DNA of 64,000 nucleotides. Source: Candidatus Dormibacteria bacterium. GTDB taxonomy: Bacteria > Chloroflexota > Dormibacteria > Aeolococcales > Aeolococcaceae. The stretch covers positions 15,393-79,392 of the forward strand of contig JBIOIZ010000002.1 in NCBI GenBank assembly GCA_044450385.1, read 5' to 3'. Position numbers and translations under genes: made by a program. Position 1 is the stretch's first letter; each line of letters starts with the position of its first letter. The notes under the pieces are model-generated. The model did not search any database. It was not told the DNA's origin and saw only the letters and a program-made list of their open reading frames with translations. Shown piece after piece: positions 1-10,020 of this stretch.

Positions 1-29
1 CCGGCCCGACCCCGTCCGCGCCGCGTCCG

Positions 30-899
30 ATGCCGATTCGCGACCCCACGCCGGACCCGGGACTCTTCGGCCCGGGGTCGGTCACCTGGGTCGTGATGCG
101 CGAACCTCGCCTGCTGCTGGCCGCCGGTCGTGCCCTGCTCCTGCAGGCCGCGAACCCGCTGGTCGCCCAGGGCGCGATCGAGCACAGCACCTACAAGTCC
201 GATCCCTACGGCAGGCTGGAGCGGACCGTCCGATGGGTGACGGTCGTGTGCTTCGGGACCACTCGCGAGGCCGAGCGGGTCTCGGGAGGTGTGAGCCGGC
301 TGCACCAGCCGGTGACAGGAACCCTGCCGGAGGCCAATGGCACGCGCCGTGTCCCGGGTGGCACACCGTACTCCGCGGGGGATCCTGCCCTCCTGCGCTG
401 GGTGCACGCCTCGTTCGTCGACACCATGCTGGCGGCACACGACGCTCTCGTGGGCGGCCTGAGCAGTGGCGAGCGCGACACCTTCGTCCGCGAATGGGAT
501 GCGGTCGCCCGGCTGATGGGCCTGGCCCCCACCCAGTCCTGGCCCGACGCCGCCGCGCTCCGGCGGTATGTGGACAGGGAGGTGCGTCGCGGCCAGGCCC
601 TGCCGGGGGCCGGCTCCCGTGAGGTCGCCGAGACGGTGCTGCGTCCCCCGGTCGGGTCGCCACTCATGCGACCGGGCATGGACACGCTCGCCTTCATCGC
701 GACAGGGTTGCTCCCCGCGGAGCTGCGTCGCGGCTATGGGCTGCGGTGGACCCCGGCCCACGTGGCCGCATTCGCAGGGCTGACCGGGTCGTTGCGGGCT
801 GCCACGCCGGCGATGCCGAGGCGCCTGCGCGTCTCCCCGGTGTACGACCTCGCCCTGGCACGCGCAGAAGGCCGCTGGCCGGCCTCGAGGGCCGCCTGA
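30..899 (+). CDS. DUF2236/MpaB-family oxygenase-like protein
   Basis: 289-aa ORF with ATG at 30 and strong GC3 bias. The N-terminal GPGSVTW...GRALLLQAANP pattern is recalled from the MpaB/DUF2236 family. Not searched. Confidence 0.6.
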   Translation: MPIRDPTPDPGLFGPGSVTWVVMREPRLLLAAGRALLLQAANPLVAQGAIEHSTYKSDPYGRLERTVRWVTVVCFGTTREAERVSGGVSRLHQPVTGTLPEANGTRRVPGGTPYSAGDPALLRWVHASFVDTMLAAHDALVGGLSSGERDTFVREWDAVARLMGLAPTQSWPDAAALRRYVDREVRRGQALPGAGSREVAETVLRPPVGSPLMRPGMDTLAFIATGLLPAELRRGYGLRWTPAHVAAFAGLTGSLRAATPAMPRRLRVSPVYDLALARAEGRWPASRAA

Positions 900-1032
900 C
901 CGGTCCCCCTCACTCAGCAGGGTGATTTTCGCGCGAAAGATGGCCTACCCATTGGTGAATCGGTACCCTACGACCTGCGTCCTGGGGTAGAGGTAATGCC
1001 CAGTGGACATTTGTCGTCACAAGGAGGCATAC

Positions 1033-2880
1033 ATGATCTTGAGAAGTTGGCGGGCTAAATCATTGCCCGCTGTCATCGGTCTCGGGGCGATCGTTCTCGC
1101 AGCGTGCGGGAGCACCAGCACTTCGACCGGGCCAACGGTCACCAAGACCACGGCGACATTCGCTGAGGGCCCCGGAGCGCAGCCGAACTACATCTTCCCG
1201 CTTGCCTCGCTGGCGTACTTCAGCGTCGCGAACCTCAGCCAGTTCCAGTTCCTCATGTACCGGCCGCTGTACTGGTTCGGCACCAACGGCCAGGTCCAGC
1301 TGAACACCAGCCTCAGCCTCGCCGACTCGCCTGTGTATTCCTCGGACGGCAAATCGGTGACCGTCACCCTCAAGGGCTGGAAGTGGTCGGACGGGACCCA
1401 GATCACCGCCCGTGACGTTCAGTTCTGGCAGAACATGGTCACCGCCAACGCGGCCAACTGGGCAGGCTCCTCGCCGGGCGAGTACCCCCAGAACGTCACC
1501 AGCACGACGATCAGCCCGACCAATCCGCTCCAGATCACCTTCAACCTCACCCAGGCCTACGGCTCGTACTGGTTCACCTACAACGAGCTGAGCCAGATCA
1601 CCCCACTTCCCCAGCATCTCTGGGACAAGGAGTCGGCGACCGGCGCGGTCGGAAACTACGACCAGACCACGGCGGGTGCCGTTGCGGTCTACAAGTTCCT
1701 TGACGCTCAGTCCAAGTCGATCTCGACCTACGACACCAACCCGCTCTGGCAGGTCGTCTCAGGTCCGTGGAAGCTCAAGTCGATGGACACGGCGGGCAAC
1801 ATCTCGATGGTGCCGAACCCCGGCTACGGCGGACCGGTCAAGCCGACTCTGACCCAGTTCAACGAGGTGCCCTTCACCAAGGACACCGCCGAGTTCGATC
1901 AGCTCAAGGCTGCGACCTCGGTCAACAACGCCACGATTGACTGGGGCTACATCCCCGACGCAGATGTGCTTCAGAGGTCCACGTTGAGCAACATCTACAA
2001 CTTCTCGACGTGGGCAGGCTGGCAGATCACCTACTTCCCGGAGAACTTCACCAACCCGACCAGTGGGCCGATCTTCAAGCAGCTCTACTTCAGACAGGCG
2101 ATGCAGTACCTGGTCGACCAGAACACCTTCATCAGCAAGGCGTTCTTCGGGTATGGCTACCCGACCTACGGCCCGGTGCCGACCAAGCCGTCCTCGAACT
2201 TCGTCGACTCATTCGAGAGGTCCAATCCGTACCCGTACAGCCCGAGCAAGGCCGTGTCGCTGCTCCAGGCCAACGGGTGGACGGTCAACGCGGGCGGAGT
2301 GAGCACCTGCACGAGCCCGGGTACGGGCACCGGCCAGTGCGGCGCCGGCGTTCCCCAGGGAGCCAAGGCCTCGTTCAGCCTCCAGTACGTGAGTGGAACG
2401 CCCGCCCTCGACCAGGAGATGGCGCAGTTCAAGACGGATTACGCGCTGGCAGGCATTGCGATCAACCTCTCCACCGCCCCCTTCAACACGGTCATCGGCA
2501 ATGCAACGCCCTGCAAGGCCGGCCAGCCATGCACCTGGGACATGGAGTTCTGGGGCGGCGGATGGATCTACGCACCTGACTACGAGCCCACCGGCGATGA
2601 GCTCTGGTCGTGCACGGGCACCGGCGCCAACGTGCAGTACGCGGGCTCGGACTCCGGCGGCTACTGCGACCCGCAGGCGCAGAGCCTGATCGTCAACACC
2701 GAGACGAGCAGCGCCATATCGGCCATGTACGCCTACGAGGACTACCTCACCAAGCAGCTTCCAGTCATCTGGATGCCCGTCAACTACGCCCAGCTGAACA
2801 TGATCAACAAGAATCTGAAGGGCACCCAGCCGCTGGATCCGCTCCTCCAGATCTACCCGGAGAACTGGCGCTGGTCCTGA
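1033..2880 (+). CDS. ABC transporter substrate-binding lipoprotein (family 5, peptide/nickel type)
   Basis: AAGGAGG lies 5 nt upstream of ATG 1033. Signal peptide with lipobox LAACGS. About 615 aa, with family-5 SBP-like sequence throughout. Followed by two DppB/C-type permeases. Confidence 0.85.
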   Translation: MILRSWRAKSLPAVIGLGAIVLAACGSTSTSTGPTVTKTTATFAEGPGAQPNYIFPLASLAYFSVANLSQFQFLMYRPLYWFGTNGQVQLNTSLSLADSPVYSSDGKSVTVTLKGWKWSDGTQITARDVQFWQNMVTANAANWAGSSPGEYPQNVTSTTISPTNPLQITFNLTQAYGSYWFTYNELSQITPLPQHLWDKESATGAVGNYDQTTAGAVAVYKFLDAQSKSISTYDTNPLWQVVSGPWKLKSMDTAGNISMVPNPGYGGPVKPTLTQFNEVPFTKDTAEFDQLKAATSVNNATIDWGYIPDADVLQRSTLSNIYNFSTWAGWQITYFPENFTNPTSGPIFKQLYFRQAMQYLVDQNTFISKAFFGYGYPTYGPVPTKPSSNFVDSFERSNPYPYSPSKAVSLLQANGWTVNAGGVSTCTSPGTGTGQCGAGVPQGAKASFSLQYVSGTPALDQEMAQFKTDYALAGIAINLSTAPFNTVIGNATPCKAGQPCTWDMEFWGGGWIYAPDYEPTGDELWSCTGTGANVQYAGSDSGGYCDPQAQSLIVNTETSSAISAMYAYEDYLTKQLPVIWMPVNYAQLNMINKNLKGTQPLDPLLQIYPENWRWS

Positions 2881-2915
2881 GCCAGGCGCTCTAGGTAACC
2901 CTCACCGCATCAATC

Positions 2916-2945
2916 GGGGGATGCCGGCAAGTGCCGGCATCCCCC
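2916..2945 (+). promoter_or_regulatory. Perfect 13-bp stem / 4-nt loop hairpin between the SBP and permease genes
   Basis: GGGGGATGCCGGC-AAGT-GCCGGCATCCCCC read directly. No U-tract follows. The position is typical of intra-operon attenuator or mRNA-stabiliser hairpins after SBP genes. Confidence 0.5.
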
Positions 2946-3002
2946 CGTCCGTTCCGCTACTCTTTTGGCAAATGGGCGTCAGGGCGAGGTAGGAAGGAGC
3001 AA

Positions 3003-3959
3003 ATGCTCGGCTACATCATCCGGCGGGTGCTTCAGGCAATCCTGATCACGATCGGCGTGACGCTGATCGTCTTCATCCTCCTGCATGTGATCCCCGGTGG
3101 CGGGGTGGCGAGGAACATCCTCGGCCCGCGTGCCAGCCAGGCACAGATCGATGCGTTCAACCACGACAACGGCCTCGACCAGCCCCTTCCCCTGCAGTAC
3201 CTGACCTACCTCTGGCAGTTGATGCACGGGAACTTCGGCTTCTCGTACAAGCTCAATCAGACGGTCTCCTCGATTCTGCTTCAGTACCTTCCCAAGACCC
3301 TGCTGCTTCTCGGCCTGTCCTACGTCGTCGCGATCGTCATCGCGATCCCGCTCGGCATCTACCAGGCCGTGCGGCGCAACAAGGTCGACGACTACATCTT
3401 CACCGGAGCGTCGTTCGTCCTCTACTCGATGCCGGTGTTCTGGCTCGGCATCATCCTCATCGTCCTCTTCAGCTTCGTGCTCCACTGGTTTCCAGCCGAA
3501 GGACCTCAGGGGGCCTTCGTCACCGATGATCTCAACCAGCTGAGCTCACTGATCCTGCCGGTGGCGACGCTCTCGCTGGTGACCATCGCATCATTCAGCC
3601 GGTACATGCGCTCGTCGACGCTGGAGAATATGGTCCAGGACTACACGCGAACAGCTCGAGCCAAGGGCGCGTCGAATTCGCGAGTGCTGTTTGTTCATGT
3701 GCTGCGTAACGCCATGATCCCGATACTCACGCTGATCGGGCTTTCCGTTGGCTACGTCTTCAGCGGTGCACTGATCACCGAAGCGCTCTTCAACTACCCG
3801 GGTATCGGCTACATCTTCTGGAACGCAACGTTGACAACTGACTATCCGATCATCCTCGGCGTGATCGTCGTGACCGGCTTCGCGACCGTCCTCGGTTCGC
3901 TCATGGCCGACGTCATGTACGCGATCGCCGATCCGCGCGTGAGGTACCGCCGAGCATGA
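3003..3959 (+). CDS. ABC transporter permease (DppB/OppB-like)
   Basis: Trimmed to ATG 3003, which follows AGGAAGGAG. Starts MLGYIIRRVLQAI. Has the DYTRTARAKG EAA-loop motif and multiple TM segments. Confidence 0.9.
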   Translation: MLGYIIRRVLQAILITIGVTLIVFILLHVIPGGGVARNILGPRASQAQIDAFNHDNGLDQPLPLQYLTYLWQLMHGNFGFSYKLNQTVSSILLQYLPKTLLLLGLSYVVAIVIAIPLGIYQAVRRNKVDDYIFTGASFVLYSMPVFWLGIILIVLFSFVLHWFPAEGPQGAFVTDDLNQLSSLILPVATLSLVTIASFSRYMRSSTLENMVQDYTRTARAKGASNSRVLFVHVLRNAMIPILTLIGLSVGYVFSGALITEALFNYPGIGYIFWNATLTTDYPIILGVIVVTGFATVLGSLMADVMYAIADPRVRYRRA

Positions 3960-4906
3960 GCACGTTGGATCAACCGCAAAGCATCTCGTTCCCGGTTCCG
4001 GGAGGGGTAACCCAGGAGAAACCGGCAGAGGTCCAGGACATCGTCCCAGCCTTCGAGACCCAGGGTGTCTGGCGGTTGGCATTCAACGTCTTTGTCCAGA
4101 ATCGCCTCGCCGTGGTCGGCGTCGGGATCGTGGTATTCATGGTCCTGTTCTGCTTTGTGGGGCCGGTCTTCTACCACACCAATCAAAACGACACGAACCT
4201 GGCGAACGAGTTCCTGGCGCCATCGTCGGCGCATCTGCTCGGTACCGATCAGGACGGCTTCGACATCATCGGGCGGCTGATGATCGGTGGCCAGACGTCG
4301 CTCGAGATCGGCATCGCCGCCGCCCTCATCGCCACGGTGTTCGGTGTGCTCTGGGGTGCCGTGTCAGGCTTCTTCGGTGGCTGGCTTGACAACCTGCTGA
4401 TGCGCTTCGTCGACATCATGCTCGCGATCCCCGCGCTGTTTCTCCTCCTCTTCCTCGCCGTCGCCTTCCCGCGCAACGTGCTGACCCTGATCCTCGTGGT
4501 CTCGGTCACGGCGTGGCTCATCCCGGCTCGTCTCGTGCGTGCCGAGGCGCTCACGCTGCGGACCCGTGAGTACGTCCAGGCGGTCACCATGATGGGCGGG
4601 GGCGGTTGGCGGATCGTGCTCCGCCACATCATTCCGAATTCCGTCGGGACCATCATGGTCAACGCGACCTTCCAGGTCGCCGATGCGATCCTCCTCGTCG
4701 CTGCGGTCAACTATCTCGGTCTCGGGATCGCCCCGCCGGCGACCAACTGGGGCGCGATGCTCTCCGACGGCACGACATATATCGCCAACGGGTGGTGGTG
4801 GTTGATCTATCCCGCTGGGCTCGCCATCGTGCTGACGGTGGTCGCGTTCAATTTCATCGGGGATGCGCTTCGGGATGCGCTCGAGGTGCGGCTCCAGAAG
4901 CGCTGA
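3956..4906 (+). CDS. ABC transporter permease (DppC/OppC-like)
   Basis: ATGA overlap with the upstream permease. Motif EYVQAVTMMGGGGWRIVLRHIIPNS and TM-rich sequence. Confidence 0.9.
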   Translation: MSTLDQPQSISFPVPGGVTQEKPAEVQDIVPAFETQGVWRLAFNVFVQNRLAVVGVGIVVFMVLFCFVGPVFYHTNQNDTNLANEFLAPSSAHLLGTDQDGFDIIGRLMIGGQTSLEIGIAAALIATVFGVLWGAVSGFFGGWLDNLLMRFVDIMLAIPALFLLLFLAVAFPRNVLTLILVVSVTAWLIPARLVRAEALTLRTREYVQAVTMMGGGGWRIVLRHIIPNSVGTIMVNATFQVADAILLVAAVNYLGLGIAPPATNWGAMLSDGTTYIANGWWWLIYPAGLAIVLTVVAFNFIGDALRDALEVRLQKR

Positions 4907-4969
4907 GGCGCATCGCGCTCGGGCCTGCGCTCCGCGCTCTCGTCCGGGGCCTGTCGAAGCGGGGACGGG

Positions 4970-6019
4970 CTAGGCCGCTGACTCCAGCGGTGCACGCAAG
5001 GGGAAATGGCACGCGGCCATGTGGTGCTCACCAAAAGCCCTGAGCGGGGGCTCCTGCTCGGCGCAGAGTTGCTGCGCCCGGGGGCAGCGGGTGCGGAAAC
5101 GACAGCCCGACGGTGGGTTGATGGCCGAGGGAATCTCGCCCTTGGGTGCGTCCATGTCCTTGGTGCGCTCGATGTCGGGATCGGGAATCGGAATCGCGCT
5201 GACCAGCCCCTTGGTGTACGGGTGGGCGGGCTCCGAGTAGAGCTCGGCTCCGGACCCGATCTCGACCATCTTGCCGAGGTACATCACGCCGATCCGGTCG
5301 GACATGTACTTCACGACCGAGAGGTCGTGGGAGATGATCACGTAGGTCAGGCCGTACTTCTCCTGCAGGGCGTTCATCATGTTGAGAATCTGCGAGCGGA
5401 TGGAGACGTCCAGGGCCGACACCGGCTCGTCGGCGACGATCAGATTCGGGTTCAGGGCAAGCGCTCTCGCGAGTCCGATGCGCTGACGTTGACCGCCGCT
5501 GAACTCGTGGGGATACCGGTCGAGCGCACCGCGCGCGAGGCCGACGTCATTGAGCAGCTCAGCGCAACGCTCAATCTGCTGCGACTTGTTCCCGATGCCC
5601 TGGATCGCGAGGGGTTCACGAAGGATCGTCACGACGCGCATACGCGGGTCGAGTGACGCGTATGGGTCCTGGAACATCATCTGCATATCACGGCGCTTGG
5701 TGCGCAGCTTCCCGTGTCCCATCTTGGCGATGTCCTCGCCGTTGATGACGATGGAACCGGATGTGGGAGGCTCGAGCGCGACGATCATCCGTCCGGTCGT
5801 GGTCTTGCCGCATCCCGACTCGCCGACGAGACCGAATGTCTCTCCGGGGAGCACTTCGAACGAGACATCGGAGACCGCATGCACCGCGCCGACCTGTCGC
5901 TGCAGGACCGCGCCCTTGGTGACCGGAAACTCCTTGACGAGATGCTTGACCACGAGAAATGGCTTACCGCCATTGGACGGAATGGGCGTCGCCGTCGGAG
6001 TCGCGGGCGTGACGGTCAT
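4970..6019 (-). CDS. ABC transporter ATP-binding protein (OppF/DppF-like)
   Basis: Trimmed to ATG 6019, giving an ATGA overlap with the upstream ATPase. Walker A GESGCGKTT, signature FSGGQRQR, Walker B LIVADEPVSALD. C-terminal oligopeptide-type Cys motif. Confidence 0.9.
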   Translation of the reverse strand: MTVTPATPTATPIPSNGGKPFLVVKHLVKEFPVTKGAVLQRQVGAVHAVSDVSFEVLPGETFGLVGESGCGKTTTGRMIVALEPPTSGSIVINGEDIAKMGHGKLRTKRRDMQMMFQDPYASLDPRMRVVTILREPLAIQGIGNKSQQIERCAELLNDVGLARGALDRYPHEFSGGQRQRIGLARALALNPNLIVADEPVSALDVSIRSQILNMMNALQEKYGLTYVIISHDLSVVKYMSDRIGVMYLGKMVEIGSGAELYSEPAHPYTKGLVSAIPIPDPDIERTKDMDAPKGEIPSAINPPSGCRFRTRCPRAQQLCAEQEPPLRAFGEHHMAACHFPLRAPLESAA

Positions 6020-7032
6020 CTGGCCGGAACGGTCTGGGCGACAACGGGGCTGTCGACGCCGGCAGGGTGATGACATGCGTAGTAGTGCGCCAGCTCGTGC
6101 TCGATGAGCAACGGCTCCTCCGAGTGGCACACGGCTGTGTCGTACCTGCAGCGCGCTGCGAAGCGGCATGCGGGCGGAGGAGCGGTGAGGTCCGGCGGCA
6201 GACCCGGAATGCTGTACAGCCCGGTCGCAGCGTCCTGGTCGAGCCTCGGAATCGCCTCGACAAGTGCTTCGGTATACCGATGACGCATTCCCTTGAAGAG
6301 CCTGCGTGTCTCGGATGTCTCGACGATCTTCCCCGCGTACATCACCGCGACGCGGTCCGCGCGACCGGCGATGACCCCCATGTCGTGGGTGATCAGGAGG
6401 ACCGCCATGTGCAGACGCCGGCGAAGATCGTCGAGCAGGTCGAGGATCTGCGCCTGGATGGTGACGTCGAGCGCCGTTGTCGGCTCGTCCGCGATGAGCA
6501 GCTTCGGGTCACACACCAATGCCATGGCAATCATCACGCGCTGGCGGAGACCGCCGGACAGCTGGTGGGGGTAGTCACTGAGACGTTCTCGCGGGCGGGG
6601 CATTCCAACCAGGCCGAGAACTTCGGCGCAGCGCTCGCGAGTCTCGTCGTCGCTGGTATCCCGGTGGATATGCAGCACCTCGCCGATCTGGTCACCGATC
6701 GTCATTGTCGGGTTGAGCGACGTCATCGGGTCCTGGAAGATCACGGCGACCTCGTTGCCTCGGATGTCACGCATCGCCTTCTCGTCCAGTGGCACGACAT
6801 CGCGGCCATTGAGCTTGATACTGCCGGAGACGATGCTGCCGCCCGAGGGCAGCAGTTTCATGATCGACATCCCGGTGATGCTCTTGCCGCATCCGGATTC
6901 GCCCACCAGCCCCAGCGTTTCACCGGGGGCGATGTGCAAGGAGATGCCGTCCACCGCGCGGACCGTGGTTCGAGACAGCCGGATATGGGTCTTCAGACCC
7001 TCGATCTCGAGTACGTTGGTCGCGTTATCCAT
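6016..7032 (-). CDS. ABC transporter ATP-binding protein (OppD/DppD-like)
   Basis: Walker A GESGCGKS, signature LSGGLRQR, Walker [13 protein letters not shown]. Confidence 0.9.
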   Translation of the reverse strand: MDNATNVLEIEGLKTHIRLSRTTVRAVDGISLHIAPGETLGLVGESGCGKSITGMSIMKLLPSGGSIVSGSIKLNGRDVVPLDEKAMRDIRGNEVAVIFQDPMTSLNPTMTIGDQIGEVLHIHRDTSDDETRERCAEVLGLVGMPRPRERLSDYPHQLSGGLRQRVMIAMALVCDPKLLIADEPTTALDVTIQAQILDLLDDLRRRLHMAVLLITHDMGVIAGRADRVAVMYAGKIVETSETRRLFKGMRHRYTEALVEAIPRLDQDAATGLYSIPGLPPDLTAPPPACRFAARCRYDTAVCHSEEPLLIEHELAHYYACHHPAGVDSPVVAQTVPAR

Positions 7033-7094
7033 GGCGAACTGAGCAATACCTCCTCACGCCGCAGTGTATCAGCGCCACAGTGCCGGTTTGGGTA

Positions 7095-7123
7095 TTGTCG
7101 AGAGGCGGCGGATTGGCTAGGCT
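7095..7123 (+). promoter_or_regulatory. Candidate sigma70-type promoter (TTGTCG-17 nt-TAGGCT)
   Basis: Pattern match only, read in the 108-bp gap upstream of the hydrolase gene. No experimental or comparative support. Confidence 0.2.
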
Positions 7124-7139
7124 CCTCGCAGTGAAGGTG

Positions 7140-8003
7140 ATGGAGGGCGACCCGGGAGTACAGGTCGAGGAGGACACATTCGTCGGCGTCCGCGGCCTCC
7201 GCATACACGTCAGGACGTGGCTCCCCGCAGGCGCGCCAACCGGCGTGGTGGTCGTCGCCCACGGATTCGCAGAACACGCCGGCCGATATGCGGCCGTGGC
7301 GAAGCGGCTGGTCGCAGATGGGCTGGCCGTTCGCGCCGCCGACCATCGCGGTCATGGGCAGAGCGAGGGCAAGCGCACCAGCGTCGTGCGCTTCGGTGAC
7401 TACGTCGACGACTTGAACGCGGTGATCGCGCAGGCACGGACTCGCTGGCCGTCACAGCCCCTCGTCCTGCTCGGGCACAGCATGGGTGGCCTGATCGCTC
7501 TCGACCTCGCGGTGCGGTCCAGCGACGCACTCGATGGGCTCGTCCTCTCGGCACCGGCGGCGTGCCCCCGCGACGTGTCGAGATTGCAGCTCGCGATCGG
7601 ACGGGTTCTGTCCCGCGTGGCGCCCGACACGGGCGTTCTGCGGCTCCCGCTCGACCGGATCAGCCGAGATCCCGCGGTCGTCGATGCCTACAACAACGAC
7701 CCGCTCGTGTTCCGCGCACCGATGCGCGCGCGGCTCGGCGCGGAGATGCTGGATGCGATGGACCGTGTCGACGCAGGACTGCCGTCACTGAGCGTTCCGT
7801 TGCTGGTGATGCAGGGAACGGCCGACGGTCTGGTGGATCCGGGGTGTGGACCGCACGTCTACGAGCGCGCGGGCTCGTCTGACAAGACCCTGAAGATGTA
7901 CGACGGGCTGTGGCACGAGATCTTCAACGAGCCGGAGCGGGATCACGTGCTCGGCGATCTGATCGCATGGTTGCGGACGCGTCTCGCCGCCTCACGCACC
8001 TGA
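7140..8003 (+). CDS. Alpha/beta hydrolase (monoacylglycerol lipase / lysophospholipase-like)
   Basis: Trimmed to ATG 7140. Nucleophile elbow GHSMGG, HG oxyanion region VVVAHGFAEH, C-terminal WHEIFNE His motif. Confidence 0.8.
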   Translation: MEGDPGVQVEEDTFVGVRGLRIHVRTWLPAGAPTGVVVVAHGFAEHAGRYAAVAKRLVADGLAVRAADHRGHGQSEGKRTSVVRFGDYVDDLNAVIAQARTRWPSQPLVLLGHSMGGLIALDLAVRSSDALDGLVLSAPAACPRDVSRLQLAIGRVLSRVAPDTGVLRLPLDRISRDPAVVDAYNNDPLVFRAPMRARLGAEMLDAMDRVDAGLPSLSVPLLVMQGTADGLVDPGCGPHVYERAGSSDKTLKMYDGLWHEIFNEPERDHVLGDLIAWLRTRLAASRT

Positions 8004-8022
8004 GGGTTAGAGTGCATCAGCG

Positions 8023-8826
8023 ATGCGTGCAGCGTGGGCCGTCAAACCGGGATCCAAGGTCGACGTTTCGACACTTGACCCCGCTGACACGCGCGCTCTC
8101 AAGGGCGGGCACAGAGCCGCCGACGCAGCACTCAAGGCTGACAGGGCTGCGCTGATCGAATGGCAGACTCGGCTGTGGGCCGAGAGCAAGCGCTCGTTGC
8201 TGCTGATCGTTCAGGGCACCGATGCATCGGGGAAGGACGGCACGATTGCCCACGTGTTCAGCGGTGTCAATCCGCAGGGCACCAACGTCACCGCATTCAA
8301 AGTCCCGACGGCGGAAGAGCTCGCGCACGACTTCCTCTGGCGCGTTCATCGGGTGGTGCCGCGTGCGGGGGAGATCGGTATCTTCAATCGATCCCAGTAC
8401 GAGGACGTCCTGGTGGCACGAGTGCGCAAGCTCGTCCCAAAACAGGTGTGGAAGCGGCGCTACGACGACATCAATGACTTCGAATCGCTGCTCACCACGG
8501 GCGGCACGACCATCATCAAGTGCTGCCTGCTCATCTCCAAGGACGAGCAGCGCCGGAGGTTTGAAGAGCGCCTGAGAGATCCACAGAAACGCTGGAAGTT
8601 TCAGCGCGGTGACCTCGAGGACCGAGCGCTCTGGAAGGAGTACCAGGCCGCATACTCCGAAGCGATCGAACGCACGTCAACGAAGGCTGCGCCGTGGTAT
8701 GTGATTCCCGCGGATCTCAAGTGGTATCGCAACTGGGCGGTGAGCCGGATCCTCATCGAAACGCTCAGCGAGATGGATCCGAAGTACCCCGATCCCCCGG
8801 ACCTCGCAGGACTGACGATCACCTGA
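8023..8826 (+). CDS. Polyphosphate kinase 2 family protein
   Basis: 267 aa. Walker-A-like GTDASGKDG and FNRSQYEDVL, both typical of single-domain PPK2. Confidence 0.85.
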   Translation: MRAAWAVKPGSKVDVSTLDPADTRALKGGHRAADAALKADRAALIEWQTRLWAESKRSLLLIVQGTDASGKDGTIAHVFSGVNPQGTNVTAFKVPTAEELAHDFLWRVHRVVPRAGEIGIFNRSQYEDVLVARVRKLVPKQVWKRRYDDINDFESLLTTGGTTIIKCCLLISKDEQRRRFEERLRDPQKRWKFQRGDLEDRALWKEYQAAYSEAIERTSTKAAPWYVIPADLKWYRNWAVSRILIETLSEMDPKYPDPPDLAGLTIT

Positions 8827-8849
8827 ACCGTTGCACCTGACCCGTTGCG

Positions 8850-9398
8850 TCATGCGGGTCGGTCGGCGATCCAGACCATGTGACATCCGGTGCTCGCCGG
8901 CGAATCTGCCGCGGCGGCTACGACGCGGTCGAGCCGGAATCCGAGCGTTCGGGGGACGGCCGCGCTCGCGATGTTGCCTTCGTCGCAATGGATTTCGACC
9001 CGATGCACGCCGGGAAGCGCGAATGCGGCATCGGTGAGCAGGCGCGACGCGGCCGAGGCGATGCCACGACGCTGGTATCGGGCGTGTACCCAGTACCCGA
9101 TCTCCAGCGCTCCCGGACCGATGCGCGGCATCAGGCCACAGCCGCCGACGAAGAGACCGGAGTCGCGCAGCGTGATCGCGTAGTTGGCGGCTGCAGCACC
9201 GCCGAATTGCGCCACGGAAGGCCCGAGAAATGCCATGACGGACGCATCGGTCGGAGCTGACTGAGCCCATGGCATCCACTGCCGGAGGCTGTCGAGGCTC
9301 GCCGCAATTGCGTCCTTGACGGCTGCGCCGTCGGTCAATCGATACCGGCGCAGCACCACGGTGTCATCGTGCAACTCTTCCGGAGGATGGAACTCCAT
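8850..9398 (-). CDS. GNAT family N-acetyltransferase (RimJ/RimL-like)
   Basis: GNAT core YQRRGIASAA...GVHRVEIHCDEGNIAS. The track start (GTG 9428) lies 2 nt from the tRNA 3' end, so ATG 9398 is preferred. The start is uncertain. Confidence 0.75.
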   Translation of the reverse strand: MEFHPPEELHDDTVVLRRYRLTDGAAVKDAIAASLDSLRQWMPWAQSAPTDASVMAFLGPSVAQFGGAAAANYAITLRDSGLFVGGCGLMPRIGPGALEIGYWVHARYQRRGIASAASRLLTDAAFALPGVHRVEIHCDEGNIASAAVPRTLGFRLDRVVAAAADSPASTGCHMVWIADRPA

Positions 9399-9429
9399 GC
9401 GGGAGAGATTCTCTCGTTCCAGCGGCACG

Positions 9430-9508
9430 TGGCGACCCCGATCGGATTCGAACCGACGATCTCCACCTTGACAGGGTGGCGTGTTAGGCCAGGCTACACC
9501 ACGGGGCC
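9430..9508 (-). tRNA. tRNA-Asp (anticodon GTC), CCA encoded
   Basis: Folded by hand. Acceptor GGCCCCG/CGGGGTC; anticodon stem CCACC/GGTGG with loop CTGTCAA; T arm GTCGG-TTCGAAT-CCGAT; discriminator G; terminal CCA. Confidence 0.85.
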
Positions 9509-9532
9509 GCGAAGCACCCGATCATAGCAATC

Positions 9533-10009
9533 ATGCCCCGCCGGCCCATGCGCCCCAACGAGATCTCGTCCGGAGGCGTTGTGGTGCGGCGATGCGTGGG
9601 CGGCTATGAGGTCTGCCTTGTGAACGACGCAAGATACTGGGGATTCCCCAAAGGCCACGTCGAGCCGGGAGAAACGCCAGAGGCGGCGGCGCTGCGCGAG
9701 GTCTCCGAGGAGACGGGCATCCCACTCCAATCGCTGGTTCTTCGTGCTTCGTTACCCGCAACTGAGTACGTGTACCGCCGGCCGAACCACGGTCCTCTGG
9801 TGTTCAAGCGCGTCCATCACTTCATCATCGAGGCGCCGGCTGACGTGGAGCTCCATCCCGATCCGGCCGAGATTGCTGAGGCTGCTTGGCTTGGGTTCGA
9901 TGACGCGAGAGCCCGGCTCAGCTTCAAGAGCAGCGTCGAGATCCTCGACGCGGCGAGGAGCGTCCTCGAGGCGGAACCCCCAGTGGGGACGCGGTCGAGC
10001 GCGCCGTAG
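9533..10009 (+). CDS. NUDIX hydrolase
   Basis: Nudix box GFPKGHVEPGETPEAAALREVSEETGI. Confidence 0.85.
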   Translation: MPRRPMRPNEISSGGVVVRRCVGGYEVCLVNDARYWGFPKGHVEPGETPEAAALREVSEETGIPLQSLVLRASLPATEYVYRRPNHGPLVFKRVHHFIIEAPADVELHPDPAEIAEAAWLGFDDARARLSFKSSVEILDAARSVLEAEPPVGTRSSAP

Positions 10010-10020
10010 AATCGGGCCGC

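Noticed and set aside
4970-6169. N-terminal extensions in the track ORFs at 4970-6169, 43154-44347, 48886-50337, 52200-53486, 54836-56119, 55758-57272 and 60181-62103
   Set aside because: The extensions are Arg/Pro-rich, overlap upstream genes, and precede internal starts. Those internal starts have Shine-Dalgarno sequences or ATGA/GTGA coupling and coincide with family N-termini, so the genes were trimmed accordingly.
9430-9508. tRNA-Asp as an integration site for a genomic island
   Set aside because: I saw no second copy of the tRNA 3' end and no integrase in the window. The flanking genes (GNAT, NUDIX, mshC-like) have core-like composition.
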